A DNA stretch of 63,964 nucleotides, filler included, from Reticulomyxa filosa (GCA_000512085.1; 22 parts of 22 records of this genome joined end to end with filler, not necessarily neighbours in it), one strand, 5' to 3'; counted from the first letter of the whole stretch, positions 49,636 through 61,900 are shown. Made by a program: numbers and translations. Notes: a model not told the origin generated them from the sequence alone.

Positions 49636-51200
49636 TGTATCGAGTAAAAGTTGATTCTGCCTGTTTATCGATGAAAAAGATATTTCGCTGCAATCTGTCG
49701 TGATAATCGCTGTTAATCCGGCTCCATAGGAAATTGTTTGCGCCACATTGCAGACTTTTATTTCGGTTATTAGTTATGCCTCTTTTGCTTAATTTTGCGT
49801 TGTATTTTATTCTGCTTGATACTGTTCCAAGTTTATTAAAATGTTTGTCCGTGAAAAGGTCTATACTACCAGAGAACGCTATTCAATTTGTTGATTTATT
49901 TTGTTGTTTTTTGATAGTATTCGTTGTTGCGTATTATATACATCTTTTTTTTTTGAGGCGATGTTGCCTGTTTGGTGGGGGGCCCAAGGATAGTTCTCAC
50001 CAGGGCCATCCATTTGGAAGGCTTTTTTGTTTTGCAGTTGGCGATATCTTGGAGGGCAAGACTGGTGATCGACGCAAAGTGAATTCTTGCCGCCTTAGTC
50101 ACACTGGCTATAATTTTAGCTGGGTATGGCGCTATTTCTTCAGGTTTGAGGCCAATGTCGATTGGTGTTTTCGTCTGTCACGCCTGGTATGCCGAAGTCA
50201 GATTTCACGTCGGACGGTTGTTATTGTGGACGATTTACTACTTTGTGGCACTTTGGGTGCATGCCTTGGATCGCGAAGTTGACTGATGTCGTTTGGCAGC
50301 AGTGGTAGCAAGAGACCCTTTTGTATGCAGTGAAATATTGCGAATTGATATCATTATCGCATCGATTGGACTGATTTCGGCTTGTTCGATTCTGATATTT
50401 GCTGTGGCTTTTGAAGGTACGAGGATAGTGTATTGTTTCTATTTTATTCGGCAGGAGTTTTTGGTCGATTTTGTGATTTTCTTGCTAGTGCGGAACGGGG
50501 GTTGTAGGCGTATTCGTTGCCCCTGAAGCTTAAATGGTAAAAAGGGGGACGTAGCGGAGTTCTACATGGAAAATTCATTTTTTGGTTTTCTCTTTTTACC
50601 GTCAGATGATGAAATAATATAATCTCTTCCTCTTCTGACTTTAATCTGGACTTCCGATGGATCGTCTCGTTTGTTTGTGATAGTTGGTGTGGAAACTTCT
50701 TTTTTCATTGAATCTTTCTTGTCATTGGAGGACTCCTCGCTTGATGATATAATATCTTTTCTTCTACTGCATGTTTCGATTTCGAGTTGTAATACATGTC
50801 GATTTGTCTTGAGGTATTGGTGGGTTGTGGTGTCTGCGTTGATGTGGTGCGATGTACTGGTGACATGTGGGCAGGCTCTGCATGAGAATGATTGGTAAAC
50901 TTGTTCGCCTGGTATGACTCTATTATGTGTTCGTACGCTGCTTGCTATACTCAACGAGAATAAGGTGATAATTTGTGACATTCAACAGTGATACATGGCT
51001 ATCCTGTATGCATATAAACTTTCAGTCAGGTTTATCTGTACATTTGGCTGCTGTCTGCATAGTGTATCTGTTTTTTCGCCGAACGAATTTTCGGGAGAAT
51101 AATCAATTGGCATTTTGTTTTCTTTGCGAAGACTTTCTTTAGGGCAGGCTCAAGTATGGTGTACAATAAGAACGTTTAATATGTGGGAGATGTTGTATGT
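49636..51200 (-). mobile_element. Probable decayed non-LTR (RLE/CRE-like) retrotransposon N-terminal region
   Basis: A/C-rich minus strand with broken frames. Zinc-finger-like FSCRACPH...H and SCYHCCQ...HPKC are followed by helical KWMALVRTILGPP. No RT core is visible before the contig end. Confidence 0.35.
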
Positions 51201-51918
51201 GAGTTTGTAACGTTGTATTTTTATCCGTTTCAACAATACTGTATTGTCGCCCAATCGTTTTAATTTGAGCTTGTTCGGCCTTCTTTAACTTATTTACTGT
51301 GATAATGTTGTTTCTATTTCATTCATCTTCTCATTGCGTATGTAAAAACTTTTATTGAGTAAGAAGCTTCCGTCGCAGCTAAAAACGAAGCGAATTGGTA
51401 AAAAAAAGTTTAACGTGATGAAAAGCGGTCAGTAAGCAGAAAAATATTTATGTCAGTTGCAGAATATTTTGTTTTTGTTTTTCTTCACTTGGGTTGGTTG
51501 GACCCTTAAAAATTTTATCTATGACAGTAATTTTCTTTGCTGGGATATATTTTATGAATTTCTTGAAAGTTTTCATCATTTCTACAATTGAGACAATAAA
51601 AATATCAAATTATTATTATTTACCAGTTCATAATATATTTATTATGTTTTTTTGTGTTATGTAAATTACAATCATCATGCTACGACTTGACTTTTATTTT
51701 CAGACATTTATGAACAAACCTTGATTTAAAACATGATATTTTTTATTAACTCTAACTTAAAAAATATTAAAATAAAAATAAAAACAAAAGCAAATCAATA
51801 CATCACGTTTATCATCACNNNNNNNNNNNNNNNNNNNNNNNNNNNNNNNNNNNNNNNNNNNNTTAATTAATTAANNNNNNNNNNNNNNNNNNNNNNNNNN
51901 NNNNNNNNNNNNNNNNNN

Positions 51919-53350
51919 TTATTATTATTATTTATTATTATTGCTTTGTAATGGTGAAATATCAACACACCAAACAACTTTTTCATGTCCATTGAAAACA
52001 TGTAATTGTTTTGATGTTTCAACATCCCATAAACGAATAGTATTATCATATGATCCAGAATATAAATACCTACCACTATTAAATGGTGAAAATTCAATGC
52101 CAGTAACACAATCAGTGTGTATATTGAATATTTGTAATTGCTTATTATGTTTAAAATCCAAAAATCGAATGGTTTTGTCAAGTGATGAAGAACAAATGAT
52201 ATTTTGACGATGATTTTGATAATGATATGATGAAAATTTCACACAGCTTACAGAATTTGAATGTCCATTGAACAGTTGAATTTGTTTATTGTTGTCAACA
52301 TCCCAAACACGAATTGTACAATCACTTGATCCAGAACAAATGAATTGATCATCATCGAATGCTGAATAATCAATACTCCGCACCCAATTAGTATGTCCCG
52401 TGAATGTCTTTAGTATCAATTTAAAATTGAAAGTGGATAGCATATTAATATTTGATGTTGACAAATTATCATTTATATTATTTCTTTTGTTCTTCTTTAT
52501 TTTCATTCATCTGTATATTTTTTTCTTCCAATTTTTTTTGTTGTTCCACCATTTGTTTTTCTTTTATTTTTTGAATTTCATTATCCATCAATTTGATATC
52601 TTCTTTCAATTTTTCCATCTCGAGCAGGGTTGTTTTCTGCTTAATTATTGTTTAGTATTTTGTATGTTGAAAACAAAACAAAAAAAGATAACAAACCTGA
52701 AAAGAGTTAAATTGTGAATTACCTTTTTGATATTGCTCCAATTGTTGTCTCAGAAGTGCAATCTCTTCATCTTTTTTCCCTTCAGCTGTAACTCCGCTTT
52801 AAGTATTTCATTTTCCAAACGTAATTTTACAATCTCTCCATATTTGCATTTATATTGGAGTGGATATGATAGTTTTATTAAAAACCAAAAAAAAAAAAAA
52901 AAAGATTGATACCTGTTGTTGTTGGATAGTTTGTTTTAATGTTTCGACATATTTGATAACCAAATCAAAATGCAATCGCGTATTTGATGTCAAATGGTCT
53001 TGTATCATAGATTTTAAACATGTATGATTGCATCCAAATGACTCATACCAACACTTGACTATTTGTAAACAACAAAAATTTTCCAAATGACTATTCACCT
53101 GTTTGATCTTTCCTTTAAAATTACAACTCACAATTATAAGTGTTTCTCCTTCATATTCAAATTGTCGTGGACATATTACATCCAATTCTCCAATGTATCG
53201 TTTTGCCAATCGACTTTGAGAATACAAACAGTTGTCATGAGATTCGACTGGACAAGAATTTGGATTTTTACTAAGAAATTGTTTTAAGCAATTTTCTCCA
53301 ACGATCAATAATTCATTCATATGATGATTTTTTATCTTTTTCTTCATCAA
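51919..53350 (-). CDS. TRAF zinc-finger/coiled-coil/WD40 protein (TRAF7-like architecture); N-terminal RING half appears lost; 3' truncated
   Basis: GENCLKQFL...SCPVESH, ELDVICP...CNFKGKIKQVNSHLENFC and KCWYESFGCNH...DHL, then coiled-coil exons and WD40 repeats (FTGHTNWVRSIDYS...IRVWD). Confidence 0.82.
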
Positions 53351-53983
53351 TAGTATGCATTTTACTTAAAATGTTCAATGATTCAACCAAATAATTCATG
53401 TTGTCGATGGCTCCGTATTTGATAACATTATGGAAAATTATCCCCATTTTTTTCGTTTTCATCAATTCATTCTTTTTTTCGATTTTATGCAAACATCTAG
53501 TAACAATTACGACATTTTTAACTTTATCTTTTTTGAATACAACACAAATATGACAGTGATTGATTCAACTAACATTTCTTACCATTTTTCCTCTTATTTC
53601 TCTAAAGGAGGAAACATCGTGCAATGAAACATAATGCAATCAAAGGATATATTTAAAGATATCTCTTATTTGATGTCAATTTGTTTTTTTTATTTTTTTG
53701 GTAAGATCTTTAAAGTACTTACGTTGTAATTTGTTTGAATGGGAGAGAACATGAATGCATCCAAGTTTTGAATTTAAAAAATTACAACAAGACACGACAT
53801 ATTGTTTTTAAAAATTCCTTATCTTCATTGAAAAAGAAATCATATGTATTGTTAAACTCCATTTTTCATATTGCCAAAAAATATTTTGACAACTCCTTTC
53901 ATTGCCTTGAGAGAAAAAAGTTCAAGCATTTTCCATTTTACATATCAACGATAATCTTAAGCAAAAATAAAAGAAGCTGAAAA

Positions 53984-54947
53984 ATGAAAACTCTTAGTAA
54001 TGAGAAGCAAAGTTCAAAACAACTGTTATTAGTAAGCTTTATTACAAAACCTCAGAAAGTTTGTTGTCTTTTTTTTCGTTTTATTCATTGTATGTAATCT
54101 TTGATTAAAACAGTCTGAAAAAGAAAAAATCCAAGTAATTGTACAATATTGGATCCGGATACTACACATCAAATTCGGATGGATTCATGAGTTTGACAAA
54201 CTTGTTGTCGATTATGTTATGCTTTATTTTGTTATTTTTTCATTCAAATCATAATATCACCTCCCAAATATTTATTTGTTGTTGTATCACCCATAATCAT
54301 AACTTGACACAGACAAATAATGTCTTTATGCTTGATACATTTCTTTCATCATCTAAATTACTTAATACATTCACTGGACACACCGATGTTGTACGGAGTA
54401 TTGATTATTCAACATTTGATGATTGTCAATTGATTTGTTCTGGATCAAATGATCAAACAGTTCGTGTATGGAATTTTGACAACAATAAACAAATTCAATC
54501 ATTCGATAGACATTCAAATTATGTGTATTGTGTAAAATTTTCACCATATCATTATCATAATCATCGTCAAAATGTCATTTGTTCTTCATCAAGTGACGAT
54601 ACCATTCGTTTTTGGGATTTCAAAAATAATAAGCAATTACAAATATTCAATCAACATAGTGGTGGTGTTTGTGGTATTGAATTTTCACCATTTAGTGCTG
54701 GTAGATATTTATGTTCTGTATCATATGATAATACTATTCGTTTATGGGATGTTAAAACATCAAAATCATTGCATATTTTCAATGGACGTGGATATGTTCG
54801 ATGTATTGCTATTTCGCCATTGCAGAGTAATAGCAACAATAGTGATAAAAGTAATATTATTGGTGTGATTGGTGGAAATGGATATACAATTTGTTCTGGA
54901 TCTTATGATAAAACCATTCGAATATGGGATATTGAAACAACAAAACA
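53984..54947 (+). CDS. WD40-repeat protein with N-terminal WIR..GW box; 3 exons, 3' truncated
   Basis: MKTLSNEKQSSKQLLL / SEKEKIQVIVQYWIRILHIKFGWIHEFDKLVVDY / WD40 repeats FTGHTDVVRSIDYS...VRVWN, IRFWD, IRLWD, IRIWD. Confidence 0.88.
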
Positions 54948-55047
54948 NNNNNNNNNNNNNNNNNNNNNNNNNNNNNNNNNNNNNNNNNNNNTTAATTAAT
55001 TAANNNNNNNNNNNNNNNNNNNNNNNNNNNNNNNNNNNNNNNNNNNN

Positions 55048-55078
<31 letters not shown>

Positions 55079-55084
55079 GTTTAG

Positions 55085-55705
55085 TCCCTATGTTCGTCAA
55101 CAGGTGATTGTGGTCCGAAAAGACTTAAATATGTCCGCAGGGAAGGTGGCGGCACAGTGTTGTCATGGAGCAGTCGGCCTTGTGGTGGACATATTGTCTC
55201 CGTCCTCCGGCTCTTCTAAACGCAAAGAAAGGAAAGTGTCGTCACAGTTGGTTTATCGTAAAAAAAGTGACAATGAAGAAAAAGAAATCCAAGAAACGTT
55301 GGACATGACAAGTGAACAACTACTCATGGCCTCAAATCTTAACCATATTTTGGACACTTGGATCTCACAAGGCGAAAAAAAAATTGTGCTAAAATGTGAT
55401 TCCGAAAGGCAATTGTTTAAGTCGACCATTTGTGTTTTTCTATGTTTGCATGTGTTTTTTTTTCCTCCCCTCCTTTATCCTGATGCATTAGTCTTTTTTT
55501 TTTTGACCCCCCTTTTTTAAAAAAATAAATAAATAAAAGACTTGAAATTCGAGACAAAGCAGCTGCTTTTGCCATTCCCAATCACTTGGTTGCAGATGCT
55601 GGCCACACTGAAATTGAACCTGGAACCAAAACTGTTGTTGCTTTGGGGCCGTACATGGCTTCCATTATTGATCGGGTTACTGGTTCACTCAAATGCTATA
55701 AATGA
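55085..55705 (+). CDS. PTH2: Peptidyl-tRNA hydrolase 2 (5' truncated; intron 55415-55539)
   Basis: VIVVRKDLNMSAGKVAAQCCHGAVG...WISQGEKKIVLK / VADAGHTEIEPGTKTVVALGP...IDRVTGSLK. Confidence 0.93.
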
Positions 55706-56506
55706 CAAGGGTTTTTTTATTTTGTTTCAATTCCAAACAAATGCCTTCCAGTGTTATTGTTGGCGTTTTTGTTTTTTCATTAATCTAATTTTTTTGCTTT
55801 CCACATTTCTAAAGCTTGTTTTTCACAAATTCTTGTCTGCTACGAAAATATAATGTTTCAAGTTAAACGCTGACCCGTTTCACTTTTTTACGAGATTCAT
55901 TGCTACTATTTTGTCTCTTCGAATTACGGCACTTTTATTAGGCTGAAAAAAGCTGAATGCTATTTTTTCAAGATCATTTTCATCAAGAAAAATATTTCCA
56001 AATATTTACTTGAAAACAATTTTGTTTATTGTTCTTTAAGTTATTGTATTTGGATTTTTTTATGCTTTCACAACTGCGATTTTAAATGCGACACGTCAGC
56101 GTCTATTAAAACACTAAAAGCAAATAAGAATGACCAAATTACACAGACAGAATTAAAAACAATAAGAAATATCTGTAGTAAAATTTAAAATTTGTAAATT
56201 ACAAAAAGAGCAAAGCAACATAACAGTCCATAATGCACATGCATTGATGCTTTGAAAATTTATCACCTTCTTAAACGATACTCTAAGTGTTCGTTTTTTT
56301 TAATCACTGTAACTGATTCTTTTTTTTAGTGATAAGATAAAGTACAAATTATATTTTGGACCACTAAAAAAAATAACTTTAAACAAGACGTTCTGGTAGT
56401 CTGAAAAATTCACTTCATGCCAGATTTTTTTTTTACAGGTTGTCCCTTTCGCCAATATTTCACACCTGGACAAGGGCAGAGAAGCCAAAAAATAAAGTAG
56501 AAATAA

Positions 56507-57506
56507 ATGAGCGTTGGATTCTTTTGCTGCATAAAAAGTAACGAACATGAAGCATGGTTCGAATGGTTTAAGTGGGGGCCGAATATTGTGTACTTTTTCA
56601 TGTTTTTGTTATGGGCTGGTATGCTTATATTTGGATGTTTTTTTGTAATCGATGAAACACATTGGTATCTGCCATTGCTTCCTCTAATTCCTGGAGTCTT
56701 TTGTTTATTTACTTCGGGGGGTCGTTAAGTTTTTTTTTGTTCGCTCTTTCGTTCTTTTTTTTTTGTATGTACAAAGTCCTCCTGTGTTCCCCTTTTTTTT
56801 GTAGAATCAAGGAACAAAAAAAAAAAAAAGTAATGGTTGCAGGTTAGAGCAGGCACAGATGATGTTGCAATTGTAAATGGATTTTGTTTAAATGGATGCT
56901 ATCGTCGAAAGCTAGTTGGACGATTATCTGAATTGACAAAAATTGCTGCAATGAAAGCAGGTGATATGCCCTACTATTTTTGTTTTTTTGTTTGTTTATG
57001 TTGATGCAATTCCTCTTCAATACATAGCGATAGTTGATTATCGCGTTATATGTACATCGCAAACAAATAAAAACATACGTATACACTGTGTGATGCATAT
57101 GGGACGGGGGTAAAATATTAAAGACGCGTCGAGTTTCAATGTTGCTTTAACATTTGGACATAGCCGAGTGATGTTGATGTCGAAACGTTCGCAAAGGATT
57201 CCAATCAAATTTTTATCTTTGGCACAGATCTGGTTTGACACTTATAGACCGGATCAAGGAGTCATATTTAGTGATGAAAACGATGGAATAGAATTAATTA
57301 CGAAAAAGAAGGGACAAGATTCGGTTAGTGGCGGCAAGCTTACCACCGAAGAAAGCGGAAAAAATATGTGGGGAAACAAAAATTTGAAGAACTTGAATTT
57401 TGCTATTGGCTTTGGTAATCCAAGCTCGGATGAAACTGCAACCGCAGAAAAAACCGATACGGCAGAGGAAGGTGGAAAAAATAAACAGACGGAGAAAAAT
57501 GAATGA
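56507..57506 (+). CDS. Hypothetical membrane protein (two N-terminal TM helices), probably 3 exons
   Basis: Hydrophobic exon 1. Exon 2 (VRAGTDD...KA) joins exon 3 in frame via intron 56961-57123. The exon 1/2 junction is unresolved. Confidence 0.6.
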
Positions 57507-57750
57507 TTTTTTTTTTTTTTTGGATTGAAAGTGAGTGGGAAAAAAAAAAAATTTTAAAATAAACCATTCCACAATTTTATTTCACTCTTTTTTTTTCTCT
57601 CGGAAAAGTAAATTTTTATGTTGTTCTTTTGCCCAATCAATAATAATTGGAGGTGATACAACATTTAAAAAATGTTCTTTCCTACCAAAAAAGCCTGTTT
57701 CTGCACAAAAAAAAAACACGCCTCTAAGACAGTCCCCCCCCCTCTTGGAA

Positions 57751-58885
57751 TCATTCTTTTTCACTAAAATGTTTGGTGAACATAGCAATGATGCGCTCTT
57801 GTGGAATAATTGTGTGGGTTCTTTCCTTTGATTCAGGGAACAAAGCTTTTACAAATTTTTCCCATTGTGAAAACCGTCTTTGGATATCGTGTATCCACTG
57901 CTTGAGGTTTTCGGGAGGTATCTCTGTTTGTCCACTAGCGTAATGAAGAGAGCGAGGATTGTTCAATCTGGACATACCCTCTGGCAATGTATACCCGCAA
58001 TTTCTTTCAATTTTCTCAAGTTCAAAGTTGAAGCCATGGAACTTTTTGTCAAAATAGTGATGGCAACGCTCCAGCAATTCCTCGATATGAGTGGTTCCAA
58101 TGACAAAGTCTTTGTATTTGACCAGTTTGAATGTTTGAAAGAGTTGGAGTTTCCCTTCGTTCAACACGCGTTGAATATCGTCGAGTGGCACATCCACCCA
58201 TCGAAACGTTTTCTCCGGTGCAAGTTCCGAAGTCGTGCAAAATGTTAAAAAATATTCAATCAAGAACTGGAACAGCTGATTCATGAGTTGGTGGTCGGAG
58301 ACAATGAACTCCGAAGATGGATCATTGGAGACAGCACCGTTTTGAGGCTCGAAAGTGTGGATATTTTTTTCGGAGTGTGTGTTGTGATTCGGAATACAAG
58401 GGAGTTTGATGGAATACACAATCTCATTCTGTTGTTCCAAGCTTTTGTTTATCAACAATGCATGAGTCATAAACGTGACGTAAGACACAATAGAACTACG
58501 AGCCAAGTTAATGCCAAAGGTTTGCAGAAAGTTTAGGATCTCATCATTGGTGATGATTATTGATGTTGATTTGGATGATGACGATGATGACGACGAAGAG
58601 GAAGCATTTCCATGATCATTGATCATTGAACTTTTTATTAAAGAAATATAGTGCAAGATTTGGTAAAAGTGGTTTATCAGCTTAGGTAGTTGCCCTTTCA
58701 AGTCAGTCGGATTGATCAGCAAGCTCTGATTCTTGTGTAAGCATGCTTCGGTGAAATAGCAAATGCAGAGTCCCTCTATGTTCGTCCCGCGAGCACACCT
58801 TCCAGTCTCCTGGTAATACTGCTGAATTGACAATGGCAAGCCCAAGTGGAATATCACTCTAATATCTTTTTTGTTTACACCTGTT
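57751..58885 (-). CDS. RecQ-family helicase, C-terminal part (5' truncated)
   Basis: IRVIFHLGLPLSIQQYYQETGRCARGTNIEGLCICYF matches the RecQ motif VI region (VRxVIHxxxPxSxExYYQExGRAGRDG...CxLxY). Confidence 0.8.
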
Positions 58886-59079
58886 CAGGTTTGCGTTTCA
58901 ATTCTATTGTTTTGTCATCTTTTTTTTATTTATTTATATATACGTATACATATATATATATATATATTTTTTTTTTTTTNNNNNNNNNNNNNNNNNNNNN
59001 NNNNNNNNNNNNNNNNNNNNNNNTTAATTAATTAANNNNNNNNNNNNNNNNNNNNNNNNNNNNNNNNNNNNNNNNNNNN

Positions 59080-59559
59080 CCATTGAATGATTGAATTTGT
59101 TTGTTGTTATCAACATCCCATACACGAACTGTTTTATCATATGATCCAGAACAAATGAATTGACAATCACTAAATGTTGAATAGTCAATACTCCAAACAT
59201 CGCTTGTATGTCCAGTGAATGTATTGATTAATTTGGATGATGAACGAAATGTGTCAAATATGAAGATAATATATGCCTATGTTAATAAACATTTAAATAT
59301 TTTGATTAGTATTTAAAAAAACAAAGAACAAATAAACTAACATAATTGATAACAAGTCTATCAAAATACTGGATCCATCCTAATTTAATGTTTAATGTTC
59401 TAATCCAATATTTAATAATTACTTTGATTTCTTCTTCTAACCGATTTATCTGAAATTACAGTCAATTCTTAAAAGAACTCTTTCTGAAGAATAGATTAAA
59501 ATGAAAGGTACCGGTGATTGTTGTGTTGATGGCACTTTTTTACTGACAGAATTTCCCAT
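59080..59559 (-). CDS. WD40-repeat protein with N-terminal WIR..GW box (paralog of the 53984 gene), truncated
   Basis: EEEIKVIIKYWIRTLNIKLGWIQYFDRLVINY / FDTFRSSSKLINTFTGHTSDVWSIDYS...VRVWD. Confidence 0.85.
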
Positions 59560-60265
59560 TTACTTTGTCTTAGATGATGATTAGTATGATGCAAGATTTA
59601 AACTGAACTTTTTTCTACCCTAAAGTCTTGTCAAACTGCTTTGATGACAGCAGATCAAAATTTTTGCTAGATGTTTTAGGTCATCAAATAACGATTATTC
59701 CCAAATAAATTACAGTGAATTTTAAGACAACCAAATTAGAATCGAATTGCTATTTTCTCTAAACGCAATCAGACAAAGATCAAAAGCCACTAATTATTAA
59801 ACATTCAGTACTCGTCAGGTAAACTAGTGCTTCCATTAATGTTTTATCTTAACTTTTAAATATTTTTGCAATCTTTGGAGAAAATATTTTATTTAAATTC
59901 TTAATTTTTTTATTAAGCTGTCAATTATGTTATCAATTACAATCAAAAAGTCTAAATATTCATGCCTTGATTTGTTTTTTTTTTCACCATCCAAATTATC
60001 CAATGTACTTGGTTTTTAATATGTAAAAAATTAAATACATTTTTGGATTCTCCAGGATGCATATTATCTAAAAAAAGAATTTTGAATAAGATTGATTTTC
60101 ATGAATAAATACACAAATATTCAATACCTCCAAACTTTGTCGCAATTCTCTTCAGTCACCACACTATAATTAAAATAAGTATCATTATTCCATCTTTTTG
60201 GTGCAAATATTTATACAGTAAGATAAAAAAGAAAGTTGATACCTAAAATGCCACCTTATAGAGAT

Positions 60266-60408
60266 GATTGTGTTTCTACATGAAAAAACAACATTTAATC
60301 AAAATTTTTTTTTATTTAAAAAAATATCTACGAATCGTGTAGTTTTTAAATATCATTTTGGTTTTTTATTAAGTCTTTACAATTTTTTCAAAAATTTTAA
60401 TCTTTCAT
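60266..60408 (-). repeat. Dispersed repeat copy (Tc1 TIR-related)
   Basis: Reverse complement of 45830-45960 (aatatctacgaatcgtgtagtttttaaatatcattttg vs aatatctacaaatcgtgtaatttttaaatataattttg). Confidence 0.75.
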
Positions 60409-60529
60409 NNNNNNNNNNNNNNNNNNNNNNNNNNNNNNNNNNNNNNNNNNNNTTAATTAATTAANNNNNNNNNNNNNNNNNNNNNNNNNNNNNNNNNNNN
60501 NNNNNNNNTTTGTAACAAATGACAATAGC

Positions 60530-61900
60530 ATTAACTCCAGCGAACTCTGAATCAAATCATGAAATACAGCAACGGCATCCAAATATTGGCGCACAACACT
60601 CAGACCAATGATATAAACAATTGACAATGAGTAAAAGAGAGAACGGACTGCATTTCATCGTTGTCGTCATTGGACTGAGCTTGACATTAACACCCGTGCA
60701 GCAACTTCCATTGGTAGAGGAGTGGAGGGGGGCGCACTATGTAAAAATCGACCATGTTTAAAAAATGCACAATACTCGATATCTCTCCCCGGGAGTTTAC
60801 GATTCCTCCCATAGTACGTGCATAATTCAAAGCCAAATTTATGCATGTGCGCACACGACACGGATGCCCAATCTGTGTGTATCTGTGTATCGATTGTTAT
60901 CTTGTGCTTATAAAATTAGCACCATTGCCATAACGACCAAGTTTCCCTTGCTCGTTGGAGCCGGTAGATCGTAGTTGGATACTTTCTTTGCGGATAATTG
61001 CTGACTTGATACAGCGCCAGAGACTTTTGTCTGCCTACGTATAAGGCAAGTCCATATAGCCAATTTCAATATAGCCGGTCTACTGGTTGTTTTTATTTTA
61101 TTTTATTTTATTTTTTTTAACAAATTTAACACGATAAAATTTCGGAACTCTCTTTCTCTTCGTTTTCCTCCTCCTCCTATTCATCTTCTTGCTTGCTGGT
61201 GGCTTGTGATTTTCGCAGGCTAAATTGGACCACTCTTACATGTGATTGTTCTCACAATGCAGTGGTTTGCTCGATGTCCATATAAGTTTTTTGTTTTTTT
61301 TTTTTTTACAAAGGTCCTTACTTTTTTCTTGCTCGCCTTCAACTTCTTCGTCGGTCCAGTCGCTGTCGTCGTCGTTACACCATAATATCGACATTGTTTT
61401 CACTTTGCGTGCTGTCACCGTTTCCTTTTTTTTTCTTCCTGGCGAGCTTGCTTTTTACATTTGGCGGCACCAAGGTCAAGATATTGTTTGTGGTTAATTG
61501 CTCCCAATGTCCCAACTCCATATCGCAATGTTTTTCGACTACAAGCATCTGCTCTCCTTGCCTTTGTGACGATGGACATACTTTCCCTTGTTCTTTGGCG
61601 CTGGTAGATAGCATTTCGATGCAGTCTTTGGTGCTGTACCACGCCAAGAGCTATCCACAAACTTGATTGCACCTACGCTGATATCAAACAAATTCTTTTT
61701 AATGTTTTGAGCTAACATTGCCAGACTTACCACTCCTTTAGCATTTTCAATTGGGCGCGCCATATGAAGTTAGTCCACGCCCGCGAGTGGCGACTTTGCG
61801 CGTTTTCAGATATGGATATTTTATCACTAAATTTAACAAAGCCAGTCGATCCGTTGTTTTTTTTTCTTTTCAAACAAACCAACACGATACGGACTTGTCA
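60530..61900 (-). pseudogene. Frameshifted hypothetical gene
   Basis: GC-richer coding-like blocks in shifting frames with in-frame stops; acidic DDDSDWTDEEVEGE segment. Confidence 0.45.

Noticed and set aside
57111-57113. In-frame TAA between two open segments, suggesting stop readthrough or an alternative genetic code
   Set aside because: It lies inside a plausible GT-AG intron (56961-57123) whose removal restores the frame. Other genes end normally at TAA, TAG or TGA.
60920-60960. GKLGRYGNG resembling the MORC/GHKL ATPase motif
   Set aside because: The other GHKL motifs (ExxxN, DxGxG) are not found in register, and the region is degenerate.
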